41,796 nucleotides of DNA from Octopus bimaculoides. Its lineage: Eukaryota. A program made the position numbers and the translations under genes. The first letter of the stretch is position 1; the number at the start of each line of letters is the position of its first letter. Location: the NCBI RefSeq assembly GCF_001194135.2, contig NC_068990.1:25825360-25867155 (forward strand). Direction: 5' to 3'. The notes under the pieces were generated by a model that saw nothing but the letters and a program-made list of their open reading frames with translations, had not been told where the DNA came from and searched no databases. Positions 1-11,091 of the stretch are shown here, one piece after another.

Positions 1-55
1 CACGACAGTCTCGCCTTATTTTTATTATTATTATTTTAATTCTCAGATAGTCCGG

Positions 56-89
56 ACGCGCGCGCGCGCATGTGTGTGTGTGTGTGTGT
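56..89. repeat. Alternating purine-pyrimidine tract (CG)n-CA-(TG)n
   Basis: acgcgcgcgcgcgcatgtgtg... read directly; similar tracts at about 25615-25651 and 30833-30855. Confidence 0.9.
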
Positions 90-255
90 TTTGGCCTGCT
101 TTTAAAGTAAGCCCACGGGAGTCTTTTGTGGCAGGTCTGTGTGAGATTCGATTCAACTGGTAGGTACTACTATTATTTAACATTTCAGCAGGGTTGCTTT
201 TCCCCCGCCTTCCTACCAATCTGCAGATGATAGTAGTAACACGAAATCCTGCCTG

Positions 256-570
256 GTCTTTCTGCCAAAACACGAACTTATTTGCATAATTGTACAAGGT
301 CGACGGCCGGACGTTAATCATAATGGATTTCAACCAGTAAACCGTGCCTCATGAATAAATGTGCGTGTTTGGGGCGGGGGTACGTGCGGGTGTAAAAAAT
401 ATATATATGCGTGTGTGTATTGGTACAAATGCATGTGTAACTGGGTATTGGTGTTTATGTATGTACGTGAGTAAAATGTGTACTGGTGTGTATGCATACA
501 AGTGTGTGTATACGTTTGATCTTTCTGCCAAGGCACGATCCTATTTGCATAATCGTACAAAGTTGACGGG
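256..570 (+). repeat. Two dispersed ~52-bp direct repeats (256-307, 518-570), each with the octamer ATTTGCAT
   Basis: tctttctgccaa..cacga...tatttgcataat.gtacaa.gt.gacgg occurs twice with about 7 mismatches; octamers at 280-287 and 543-550. Confidence 0.8.
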
Positions 571-1128
571 CTGAAACTAACTATAATAATGCTATAGTAT
601 CATACATATATTGTGGTTTATAAATTTATTCATAAATTAAAGAATTATTAAATAAACGAAGGATTTCCTTTTCGGAGAAAATCGACTAAAGATTCTTTGG
701 TATATACTAATATACTTTTTCGAAATTGGTGATATGAACTTATAAGTACGCAAGTACAAGAATTGTTACATTGTCGGACAGAATTCTATGTGATAACCGT
801 TCCGGTGATGCCACCGCGGTCAATTTTATCTGTGCACCCTTTAGGGATCGATAAACTAACTATCTACAATGAGGGGTGGTTCTTTTTCTCTCTGTTAGTC
901 TTTGTTCCTGGAAGGTCAGACTTGGAGGATAGATTCTGCTAGGTCTAAAAAAAACAAACGAAAGAGCCCCCCCCCCCAAAAAAAAACCAAACCCAAGCCA
1001 CGCCAAAAATCGGGTCGGCACCCCGCCTACGACACCATCAAGGCGTTGAATGCCCAAAGAATGGTAAATAAGAACTTGGGTGAGCTCACTGACTATTCCC
1101 TTCCACGCAAAATGCTGGCCTTATGCCA

Positions 1129-1310
1129 GGCAGAATCGTTAGCGTGTCGTACAAAATGCTCAGCGGCATTTCGGCCGTTTTTATGTTCTGAGTTTAATTC
1201 TGCCGAGATCGACTTTGCCGTTCATTTTTTCGAGATCGATAAAATAAGTACCAGTTGAGTATTGGGATCAATGAAAGCAACTTAACCCTTCCTTTAAAAT
1301 TGCTGGCCTT
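1129..1310 (+). mobile_element. SINE family A (tRNA-like head), partial copy
   Basis: ggcagaatcgttagc...ttctgagtttaattctgccgagatcgactttgcc...gataaaataagtaccagttgag; aligns with copies at 32769, 35188, 40700 and others; A-box- and B-box-like motifs. Confidence 0.85.
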
Positions 1311-2832
1311 CTCTTATTATCATTATTATTATTCCATGTTATATTGTTGATGTTTTAGAAATCGATAGAGGTGATTTCCTTGGTGCCAGCTTTGCCAACC
1401 GTAAAATCAGCGAAGCAAGTCGAATAAAAACAGGGTTCGTTCCGCTACTTGAACACGCTCAAATTTAGTTATTTATTTATTCAGATTGACATTTAATTAT
1501 TATTAATTGACGAACCATTCAATAAACAAATAAATAAAGCGTGGAATGGGAAAAGCTAAATCAAACAAGAAGACAAAGAAAACAAGACATAATATAATGC
1601 TGCCTTGTGGAAGACAACACAAAAGACAGAATGGAAACATTATCGCAAAAAGAGAGGAAATAATGCGTGTTTGAACTAAATAAATACGCACTGACGTACG
1701 CATGTATGTGGAGATGTGTAGAATATTCCTCTATGTATGTGAGTGTAATAATATTTATATATTCACGTGGAAAATGATGTGTAAACAAGAATAAACAAGC
1801 GTGGAATCAATGTAACGAATCAAATAGACATGGTTCGCTTCTGCCCAACACACACAAATCAACATTTCCAACTCTACATTGGTGCTTTATTGACATGGGA
1901 AAGCTGAAAAAGAAAGGAAGGAAAAACACAGCAAAATGAGATAAGATATAACGGAGGCAACCCTATACAATAGAGTCGGAAATTATCTAGTGTACCAAAA
2001 ACTGTAATTTCTTAGGGTGTGTATATTTCATTCATTGCAGATTATAATTCTGTTCCACCCCAAATTTCTATATTTTGCGGGTCTGGTTGGTGGTGCCCTA
2101 TCTCTTTATAGTGTACTTTTTTTTTTTTTTACTTTTATTTTCTTTTCACCATTTCATTAGATTTACGTTTTAAACATTTGAAATTATGATCCTTCAAAAA
2201 CATCCCTAACTTTTTACAACATCAATTTCTCTCCAATCCTAAAATAAAATAAGAAAAATAAAAAAATATCGAAAATGAAAAATTACGGAAAAAAAGGTGG
2301 TGGTGGTGGTGGGGACAAAATTTCCCCCACCAACTGTTAATTTTCTTTTCTTTTTTCATAGAATCGTAATCTGTGGTGCTTAAAGTATATAATAACCACC
2401 AAAGAAATTAGTTTTTGGCGTATTGTATTATTTCCGACACTATTGCCTGGGAACGATTTATATATATAAATTTATATATATATATGTGTGTGTGTGTGTG
2501 ATGTCTTGCAAATGATAGAGCACAAGAACAGGAAGAAAAAAATAAAGAGGAAGAATTTATGCAGTTGCTTCTCACTGCTACCAAATCTATAAATGACACA
2601 CAAAGACAAATGTACGCATACACAAAAACATACATGCATACATACGAATCAACGTGTTCGCACACAACCAGCCTGCTAGAGATAGCAGTCACATCTTCGA
2701 ACCGCACATTACACATCTTTAAAAAAAAAATCGAAAAGAATAAAAGATACGATAAAAGGATGCATGAGATAATGTAGTATGAGAGACACGACGATTGAAA
2801 TAAATAAAATCAATATAACAAAACAAATAAAT

Positions 2833-2915
2833 AAAAAGATGGGATGGTCACAGGTGGAATGCATTTGACCAAAAGCATAGTTCGATCAAGGATGACCAAT
2901 ATAGCTTAACAACAA
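2833..2915 (-). repeat. Short interspersed repeat fragment; related copy on + at 3958-4032
   Basis: Both share ggtca..ctgatcga...cattc.a.ctgtgaccatc.ca in opposite orientations. Confidence 0.5.
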
Positions 2916-3199
2916 CAACAACAATACATACGCGATCACATTATACGAATGTGTATATTTATAGATTTCTATGTATTTATATTGACACCAAATTAAATTG
3001 AATAAATAAACGGTTTGGAAGCGATAATTAAGTTATCCTTACCTTTTGCAAAAAGCCAAAGTTAAGTGAATCTTAGAAGTTGCATATTGAGAAACACCGA
3101 GTTATTTTATATAGATTTATATATATCTATGTGTGTGTGTATTATTATATGCATGTACATATAAATAGATTTATATATAAAAGTATAAATATATACACA

Positions 3200-3445
3200 C
3201 ATGTATTGGCAGCGACATGATGGTTGGCAAACGACAATAACAATGGCCAGAACTGCTGTTGTTCACCAGCTGAAGAATATAACATCCTCGTCATAATTTT
3301 TTCGCATCTTTTGTAGAATATAAATCCGTCTTGTAAAACAATTCTTCATTCTAACTCCGTCTTTTTCCGTTTTTCTTTCTTTCTTTCTTTCGTGCTTTCT
3401 TTCTTTCTTTCTTCTTCTACTACTAACAATAACAAACGGGTGAGT
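3200..3445 (+). other. Possible non-coding (first) exon ending at a consensus splice donor
   Basis: Non-repetitive block with no long ORF, ending in CGG|GTGAGT (intron would start at 3440). No transcript evidence. Confidence 0.25.
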
Positions 3446-4081
3446 GTAGGATAATATGTAATGACTTTTGCGTCAGTCTTCGTTTCTTTCTGCTTTTCTT
3501 TCTGTTTCTGCTACTGGTGTTGATGTTGGTGTTGATGCTTCTGTTGGCCTGGCTTGCAGGGTTTCCGGCCGCGGTTTCCATTTAACGTAAAATGTGTTAT
3601 TGTCTTGGAGTGAGAGAGAGAGAGAAAGAAAGAAAGTGAGTGAAAATGTGTGCGATAGAGCGAAAGTGAGAGAGAGGGAGTGAGAAAAAAGGAAATCGAG
3701 AAGGGAAGAGGAGGAGGAGGAGGAGGAAGAGGAGGAAATAAAGAATTACTAGAGTCGACTCAATTAGTGAATTGCTATTCTCAAAGAATGGGAGGAACTA
3801 GCTAGGTGGATGCCGGAAATATTTAAATAATATAAACAGTTATCAAGATTCTCATACAGTTTGTATAATTAGCGGCAGTTTTTAATGTAGTATGGTTTCT
3901 AGTTCTCAAAGACACGAAGGTTTCTGCAATTCTGAAAAGAGTTGTAATAGTATTGATAATGGTTTGTTGTTTAACCCCAGGTCAATTCTGATCGAGCAGG
4001 CCTAGAATGAGAAATCATTCTAACTGTGACCATCTCACCGTTTATTTTTTTTCATTTTATTCTTCGGAATTTTTTTTTTTT

Positions 4082-4314
4082 ACTATTGCACCAGTCTCGC
4101 GAAACGGGTGTAAATCTTTGGTTGGAGGACTTTCGGAATCGTTTTGATTATTTCATGGAGAACGAAAAGGACGGAGTATTGGGTGGTTGTTTCCTTCTCT
4201 GAAAGAATTTTTTGTCCCAAGAATTTATCATTTTATATCTTCCCCCACCCCGATTCCGCGCCCTTTTTGATAGTACTAACTATTACACCCGTTTCACAAA
4301 ACGGATGTAATAGT
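4082..4314. mobile_element. Unclassified ~230-bp element bounded by two copies of a 36-bp palindrome
   Basis: actattgcaccagtctcgcgaaacgggtgtaa (4082) and actattacacccgtttcacaaaacggatgtaatagt (4279-4314); T-rich flanks. Confidence 0.5.
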
Positions 4315-5319
4315 AATTTTTTTCAAATATAGTATTTATCTGTATTAAAAAAAAAAGACTAGAATAATTTGAAATTTTGCTTCTATTTATAACAGGTGAC
4401 CGTGTATAGCATCACATGCGGGTTAAATAACAAAGGTTATTCGTTGCTGTTTTAATGAATATTATCTATTTATTTTGAAGAAAAAAAAAACTGAGTGATA
4501 CAACATGTATGTGTATATCATAGCTGAAAGACCATCGAAAAGCGCCCTTCGACAAAAAAGATATGAGGTCAGCTGAGAATCGAAACAACATCCACAAACG
4601 ACATGGGGTAGCACTTGCAATTTTTGTCGTTGTTGTGTCGCCTCCAGTCGATTTTAATTCATCAGTTCTACCATAAAAGATGTTCCAGCCACGATCGTTT
4701 AGTCTTTTTATTTTTTTCTCAGATATATCGAGCATAACGTATTATTGTTTTCATTTATCTATTCAACAGGGCAAGCTATAGCTATGACTTGTTTCACAGC
4801 TTCTGAGACTGGTAGGTAGCAGGGGCGGGAGATATCCTTAAACCAAAGCCTGGCCTGAATGTGTGCAACAGAGTGGGACCCCTATTTTAGTTCGAAAAGA
4901 CAGAGGACACACTGGACCTAATAGAGTTGTAGGTGGGAGAGGAAATCGTCCCACAGTTCCGGAGGACTTTTAAGCTGAAAGCCACGGATAATTTCCAGAA
5001 TTCCTTCGTCTGATAGTGCTCATAAGAGGTAGTTCGAAATAATCTCTACAGACATGGTCCTGTCCGAGATTCACGTACAGCGATGAAACCGTTCTGCACA
5101 CACTCGTCCTGTGTTTGGGCACCGAGCCTTCTGGGGGTGGTGATGGTAGCGATCTAAATGTTATTTAGATATGTAGCTCAGTGTAAAACATTCTCTCGTG
5201 ACATTTTAGCTGTAATAATAAGAATAATTTGTAGTAGTAATTAAAATATGACTGCATTTAAATCAGCGGCTGTAAATGACACGGGTGAAAGAAAATATGT
5301 ATGAACATATTTATATTAT

Positions 5320-5590
5320 GTGCGTGTATGTGTTTATGTGTGTGTTTGAGTGTGTGAATATATAAAGGCATGTGGATGTGTTAATGTGTATGTATGCGTA
5401 AATGTTTGTGTTGTGTGCGTGTGTAAATGTGCATGTTGGTGTGTATACACATGTTCGTGCATAAGTATATGCATGTATAAATGTGTGTTGGTGTATATGC
5501 ATATGTATGTGTGCAAACGTGTCTTGGTGCATATGCCTGTAAATGTATATTTGTGTGTGTGTGTGAATATATATATATATATATATATAT
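5320..5590. repeat. Degenerate (TG)n/(TA)n microsatellite field
   Basis: Low-complexity gtgtat/atgtgt sequence; source of the spurious C/V/Y/H/T ORFs. Confidence 0.9.
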
Positions 5591-5614
5591 ACTCTTTTAC
5601 TTGTTTCAGTCATT

Positions 5615-6201
5615 NNNNNNNNNNNNNNNNNNNNNNNNNNNNNNNNNNNNNNNNNNNNNNNNNNNNNNNNNNNNNNNNNNNNNNNNNNNNNNNNNNNNNN
5701 NNNNNNNNNNNNNNNNNNNNNNNNNNNNNNNNNNNNNNNNNNNNNNNNNNNNNNNNNNNNNNNNNNNNNNNNNNNNNNNNNNNNNNNNNNNNNNNNNNNN
5801 NNNNNNNNNNNNNNNNNNNNNNNNNNNNNNNNNNNNNNNNNNNNNNNNNNNNNNNNNNNNNNNNNNNNNNNNNNNNNNNNNNNNNNNNNNNNNNNNNNNN
5901 NNNNNNNNNNNNNNNNNNNNNNNNNNNNNNNNNNNNNNNNNNNNNNNNNNNNNNNNNNNNNNNNNNNNNNNNNNNNNNNNNNNNNNNNNNNNNNNNNNNN
6001 NNNNNNNNNNNNNNNNNNNNNNNNNNNNNNNNNNNNNNNNNNNNNNNNNNNNNNNNNNNNNNNNNNNNNNNNNNNNNNNNNNNNNNNNNNNNNNNNNNNN
6101 NNNNNNNNNNNNNNNNNNNNNNNNNNNNNNNNNNNNNNNNNNNNNNNNNNNNNNNNNNNNNNNNNNNNNNNNNNNNNNNNNNNNNNNNNNNNNNNNNNNN
6201 N
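5615..6201. other. Assembly gap (first of ten N runs)
   Basis: Other N runs: 8422-9342, 11159-11565, 16734-16743, 18975-19102, 21179-21221, 25795-26220, 29583-29891, 31566-31658, 33138-33298. Most abut microsatellites or repeats. Confidence 0.99.
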
Positions 6202-6214
6202 ATACATCATTAGA

Positions 6215-6545
6215 TGTACACCACTTTCCTATATAAAATTAAGAATATAACGGAACGCTGAACTCCAGATTATCAACTTAAACAACATTTATTCAGGTGG
6301 TAAATATATATATCTTTAGCTCTTGTTTGTTGTTACAGCTTCTGTGTGTGTGAGCATTGTTGTTGGGACGTTGGTTTGTAGATGTAAGCGAGCTGTCGAG
6401 CGTAAGTTTGAAAGATGAAGAGAGACAGCTAAACACGTCCATGCTCAATCGCTGGCCAGCAAGAAAGAGACAGAATTAAGCGGGAAAGCTTGCTTGTTGA
6501 ATTCCACGCATGCGTGAGACTACGCATGCACACGGCATTACTACA
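6215..6545 (-). mobile_element. LTR-like element, 3'-truncated; relative of 24127-24500
   Basis: Starts TGTAGT on the minus strand; shares cgcatgcgtggaattcaaca, gagcatggacg.gt.agctgtctctc, AATAAA and gcgttccgtta...ataggaaag with the 24127 copy. Confidence 0.6.
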
Positions 6546-6635
6546 ATATAATTGAGATTCAGTTGAATTAGGGACTCAAGTTGGAGCACCCAAAATTAGT
6601 GCAGTATTATCCGTACAACTCAAATAAGGTGAATA

Positions 6636-6679
6636 AAATCAAAATAAGCAACAGAATATCCTGTTGCTTATTTTGATTT
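6636..6679. repeat. Perfect 19-bp inverted repeat with 6-nt loop
   Basis: aaatcaaaataagcaacag-aatatc-ctgttgcttattttgattt. Confidence 0.9.
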
Positions 6680-6979
6680 ATACACACACACACATAAATA
6701 AATAAAGGATATTATTAAAAAATAATAATAATATCAGTGGCTAGCATGCATTAAAATAGAGGTAAAAATTAATATAAGTCTATAATTATATATGATATAT
6801 AATTATAATGAATGATACTAGGGAAATGTATTTGCATGGTAGAAATAGAAGTCAAAACGACTCTATGAGTGATTTAGGTGGTTTAGATTCGTTTTGACTT
6901 CTATTTCTAGCATGCTGGTATTTTTCCCAATACCCTTCATTATAATTATATATTTATATATAATTATAGACTTATATAT

Positions 6980-7222
6980 CATCATCATCATCATTGTCAT
7001 TTAACGTCCGCTTTCCATGCTAGCATGGGTTGGATGATTTGACTGGGGACTGGCAAGCCAGCAGGCTGCACCAGGCTCCATTCTGATCTGGTAGAGTTTC
7101 TACAGCTGGATGCCCTTCCTAACGCCAACCCCTCCGAGAGTGTAGTGGGTGTTTTTACGTGCCACCGGCATAGGAGCCAGTCACACGGTACTGGCAACGG
7201 CCACGCTCAAAAAGGTGTTTTT

Positions 7223-7225
<3 letters not shown>
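6980..7225 (-). mobile_element. RTE LINE 3' tail with (GAT)n end
   Basis: Reverse complement matches the 3' UTR and tail of the RT-bearing copy at 16505-17963. Confidence 0.85.
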
Positions 7226-7257
<32 letters not shown>

Positions 7258-7329
7258 TCTTGGCTCAACAGCCCTCACCGTTTATTTTTAATATCTTGTT
7301 CTCACTGTCCTGTTCTTGTTAACACTTTC

Positions 7330-7580
7330 ACTCTCCGCAAGAAATTCCAAATTTTATTTTATTTGCTTTGCGGGAAGGACTGTTCCAACGAAGTCGCGTA
7401 TTGTCCTTGCCTTCGAAACGCAGAGTAGATGGAACAGGGACAACTGATGAAGGGATATACTGTTTATGTTGCATGTCTTGTTTCTCTGTTTTTTCGTTGT
7501 TCGAAAAAAGTCTGTTTTCTGTTTTTGTTTTTACGTTTTCGTTTCTCATTATGTTTAACGTTTTTTTATGTCCTCTACCC
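7330..7580 (+). mobile_element. Short repeat (family H1) with a hammerhead-ribozyme relic, Penelope-LTR-like
   Basis: ctgttcca/tggaacag arms enclose ACGAAG...GCCTTC-GAAACG; followed by caactgatgaaggg; diverged relative at 9343-9560. Confidence 0.45.
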
Positions 7581-7692
7581 ATATATGCATGTATGTATAC
7601 ATATAGATGTAGGTATGTACATTATGCATATGTTTATATATTATTTATATTATTATATGATCGAACGCCATGCATCCTTTCCCAAGTAAGTT

Positions 7693-7724
<32 letters not shown>

Positions 7725-8154
7725 ATATATATATATATATATATATACATACACATTGATAAGAGAACAAACATCAAATTCAAGTCAATGACTTTACATA
7801 ACACCATGCTTCAATACATTTGATCAGATATCAATACTACCATGGCTCTTAAACATATAAAGAATACATACATAACAAACACAGAAGGTAAAAAATATAT
7901 ATGCAAGAAAAATGCAAATATATAGAACAGCTTATCAAGAATGTGTACACAATCGACTAAAAAATCTAAAGCGTGTCGTACAACTAAAAATCTAAGTAAA
8001 ATATCAATCGACTAAAAGTATTTTTTTTTATTAAATCAATGTTTTTTTTTTTTTATCTCTGTCTCAATCTCATTTGAGCACTTCTTTTTTGCAAACGTAT
8101 AAACTTTTTTGTCTCTCCATAAAAAGAGGCAAAAATTATTTCTTGTCATATATG

Positions 8155-8400
8155 TAACGTCTGCTTTCCATGCTAGCATGGGTTGGACAATTTGACTGAG
8201 GACTGGCAAGCTGGAAGGCTGCACCAGGCTCCAATCTTATTTGGCAGAGTTTCTACAGCTGGATGCCCTTCCTAACGCCAACCACTCAGAGAGTGTAGTG
8301 GGTGCTTTTACGTGTCACCCACACGAAGGCCAGTCAGGCGGTACTGGCAACGGCCACGCTCAAAATGGTGTATTTTATGTGCCACCCGCACATTTTATGT
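8155..8400 (-). mobile_element. RTE LINE 3' tail
   Basis: Close match to 6997-7225. Confidence 0.85.
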
Positions 8401-9342
8401 GCGAGAGAGAGAGAGAGAGAGNNNNNNNNNNNNNNNNNNNNNNNNNNNNNNNNNNNNNNNNNNNNNNNNNNNNNNNNNNNNNNNNNNNNNNNNNNNNNNN
8501 NNNNNNNNNNNNNNNNNNNNNNNNNNNNNNNNNNNNNNNNNNNNNNNNNNNNNNNNNNNNNNNNNNNNNNNNNNNNNNNNNNNNNNNNNNNNNNNNNNNN
8601 NNNNNNNNNNNNNNNNNNNNNNNNNNNNNNNNNNNNNNNNNNNNNNNNNNNNNNNNNNNNNNNNNNNNNNNNNNNNNNNNNNNNNNNNNNNNNNNNNNNN
8701 NNNNNNNNNNNNNNNNNNNNNNNNNNNNNNNNNNNNNNNNNNNNNNNNNNNNNNNNNNNNNNNNNNNNNNNNNNNNNNNNNNNNNNNNNNNNNNNNNNNN
8801 NNNNNNNNNNNNNNNNNNNNNNNNNNNNNNNNNNNNNNNNNNNNNNNNNNNNNNNNNNNNNNNNNNNNNNNNNNNNNNNNNNNNNNNNNNNNNNNNNNNN
8901 NNNNNNNNNNNNNNNNNNNNNNNNNNNNNNNNNNNNNNNNNNNNNNNNNNNNNNNNNNNNNNNNNNNNNNNNNNNNNNNNNNNNNNNNNNNNNNNNNNNN
9001 NNNNNNNNNNNNNNNNNNNNNNNNNNNNNNNNNNNNNNNNNNNNNNNNNNNNNNNNNNNNNNNNNNNNNNNNNNNNNNNNNNNNNNNNNNNNNNNNNNNN
9101 NNNNNNNNNNNNNNNNNNNNNNNNNNNNNNNNNNNNNNNNNNNNNNNNNNNNNNNNNNNNNNNNNNNNNNNNNNNNNNNNNNNNNNNNNNNNNNNNNNNN
9201 NNNNNNNNNNNNNNNNNNNNNNNNNNNNNNNNNNNNNNNNNNNNNNNNNNNNNNNNNNNNNNNNNNNNNNNNNNNNNNNNNNNNNNNNNNNNNNNNNNNN
9301 NNNNNNNNNNNNNNNNNNNNNNNNNNNNNNNNNNNNNNNNNN

Positions 9343-9560
9343 GGGAGCAACTGTCTTTGAAGACTCATATTGTCATAGAATGCTTGAAATGAGAAGCAGA
9401 TAGATAGCCGACAACTGATAAAGGGTTGTTTCTCTGTGTTTACTTGTCTTGTTTTCCATTTTTTTTCTCTTGCTGTTTGCATATTTAACTCGTTTGTTTT
9501 CATATTTCACATTGTTTACGTCCTGTACCCATGTATACACAGCTAACGTCCTGTACCCAT
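9343..9560 (+). mobile_element. Diverged second copy of family H1
   Basis: ctgtctttgaaga...tattgtc...ttgaaatg..aagcag...acaactgataaaggg parallels 7380-7455. Confidence 0.4.
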
Positions 9561-9607
9561 ATATGCACACACACACACACACATATATATATAAAGATAT
9601 ATTCATT

Positions 9608-9662
<55 letters not shown>

Positions 9663-9667
9663 CATAT

Positions 9668-10045
9668 ACTCTTTTACTTGTTTCAGTCATTTGACTGCGG
9701 CCATACTGGAGCACCACCTTTTAGTCGAGCAAATCAACCCCAGGACTTGTTCTTTATAAGCCTATCAGTCTCTTTTTGCTGAACTGCTAAGTTATGGGGA
9801 TGTAAACACACCAGCATTGGATCTCAAGCGATGTTGGGGAGGGGGAACAAACACAGACACACAAACACACACACACACACACATACATACATATATATGA
9901 TGGGCTTCTTTCAGTTTCCGTCTACCATATCCATTCACAAGGCTTTGGTTGGCCCGAAGCTATAGTAGAAGACACTTGCTCAAAGTGCCATGATCCCAGA
10001 ACCATGTAGTTGGGGAGCAAACTCCTTACCACACAACCATGCCCT
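9668..10045 (-). mobile_element. SINE family B (tRNA head, CORE-like segment, internal CA/TA microsatellite), near full length
   Basis: Colinear with 32180-32585. The tail end of another copy sits at 5591-5614 next to a gap. Confidence 0.88.
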
Positions 10046-10344
10046 ACACCTATTATATTTACACACACACAAGAAATGATCCCGTATTAATATTCCCATT
10101 AATATCCATGGATATTGCAAATCATATCTGTAATATCTTATGGATGGGAAATACAGTAACTAAAACATGAGGCTATGGAAATGTACATAACAATGCATTA
10201 AAGGACTGATGAATTCCCATCCAAAAGTTCTTCTTATTATTATATTCAGCCTATGCTACAGCAACCTTCCTCTAAGATTACTCTGGAAGATGGGAATAAT
10301 AAGTAGTAGTCAGTAAAAAGCACTGTCTGAACATGATTGATGTC

Positions 10345-10552
10345 AGTCCTGCGTGACTTGCTCCTGTGCCAGTTGCACGTAAAAAGCACCCACTACACTC
10401 TCGGAGTGGTTGGTGTTAGGAAGGGCATCCAGCTGTAGAAACATTGCCAGATCAGATTGGAGCCTGGTGCAGCCACTGACTCTCCAGACCTCAGTCAAAC
10501 CATCCAACCCATGCCAGCATGGAAAATGGACATGAAACGGTAATGATGATGA
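10345..10552 (+). mobile_element. RTE LINE 3' tail
   Basis: aagcacccactacactctcggagtggttggtgttaggaagggcatccagctgtagaaac...gatgatgat. Confidence 0.85.
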
Positions 10553-10719
10553 TATATATATGCATGTATTCTCAAGCAAAACTGTCCGATGAAAAGGAAC
10601 GTAAAACTCTGAGTAACAGTTTTTATGATGTCTTTGCAGCTTTATTAATAAAGCATATTACTCTACCTCTGATATTTGAGAACTATTTTATCCACCCTGT
10701 TTCACATTTATGTGCTTAC

Positions 10720-10857
10720 TCGGATATATATATTTTTTCTCTCTCTGTTTATTTCCTTATGTTCCTTTCTGTTGAAGAGCGTAGGCTTAAAACATAAAAG
10801 ACATTCTCACTTTCCCGAGCATCAAACTAATACACCTGCTTGTTGTTTATACACTTC
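10720..10857 (+). mobile_element. Short repeat family H2, decayed hammerhead copy
   Basis: ctttCTGTTGA-A-GAGC-GTAG-GCTT-AAAACA-TA-aaag at 10765-10800; homologous to 27680-27850; tail-only copy at 14598-14680. Confidence 0.65.
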
Positions 10858-11020
10858 TATATTTAAGAGATGAGGAATTATGTACATTATTTACATTATA
10901 CAGATATTTGTCATCATCTTGTTTGTTGTTAACACCTTTCAGCTGATAGACCCTCCAGCTTTCATCAGGTGTTTTGGGAAAATTCTGAATCTGGGTTTTC
11001 ATCCCTAAGGTATTTTTTGA

Positions 11021-11091
<71 letters not shown>

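Noticed and set aside
902-1258. 118-aa Lys/Pro-rich ORF with a possible donor ATG|gtaaat
   Set aside because: The composition comes from A and C homopolymer runs, the C-terminus is SINE-A, and there is no recognisable domain.
5311-9503. Long ORFs of 250-390 aa in the track (also 10965-11738, 18369-19366, 25567-26322, 29502-29981, 33060-33320)
   Set aside because: They are open only because they cross N runs and dinucleotide microsatellites.
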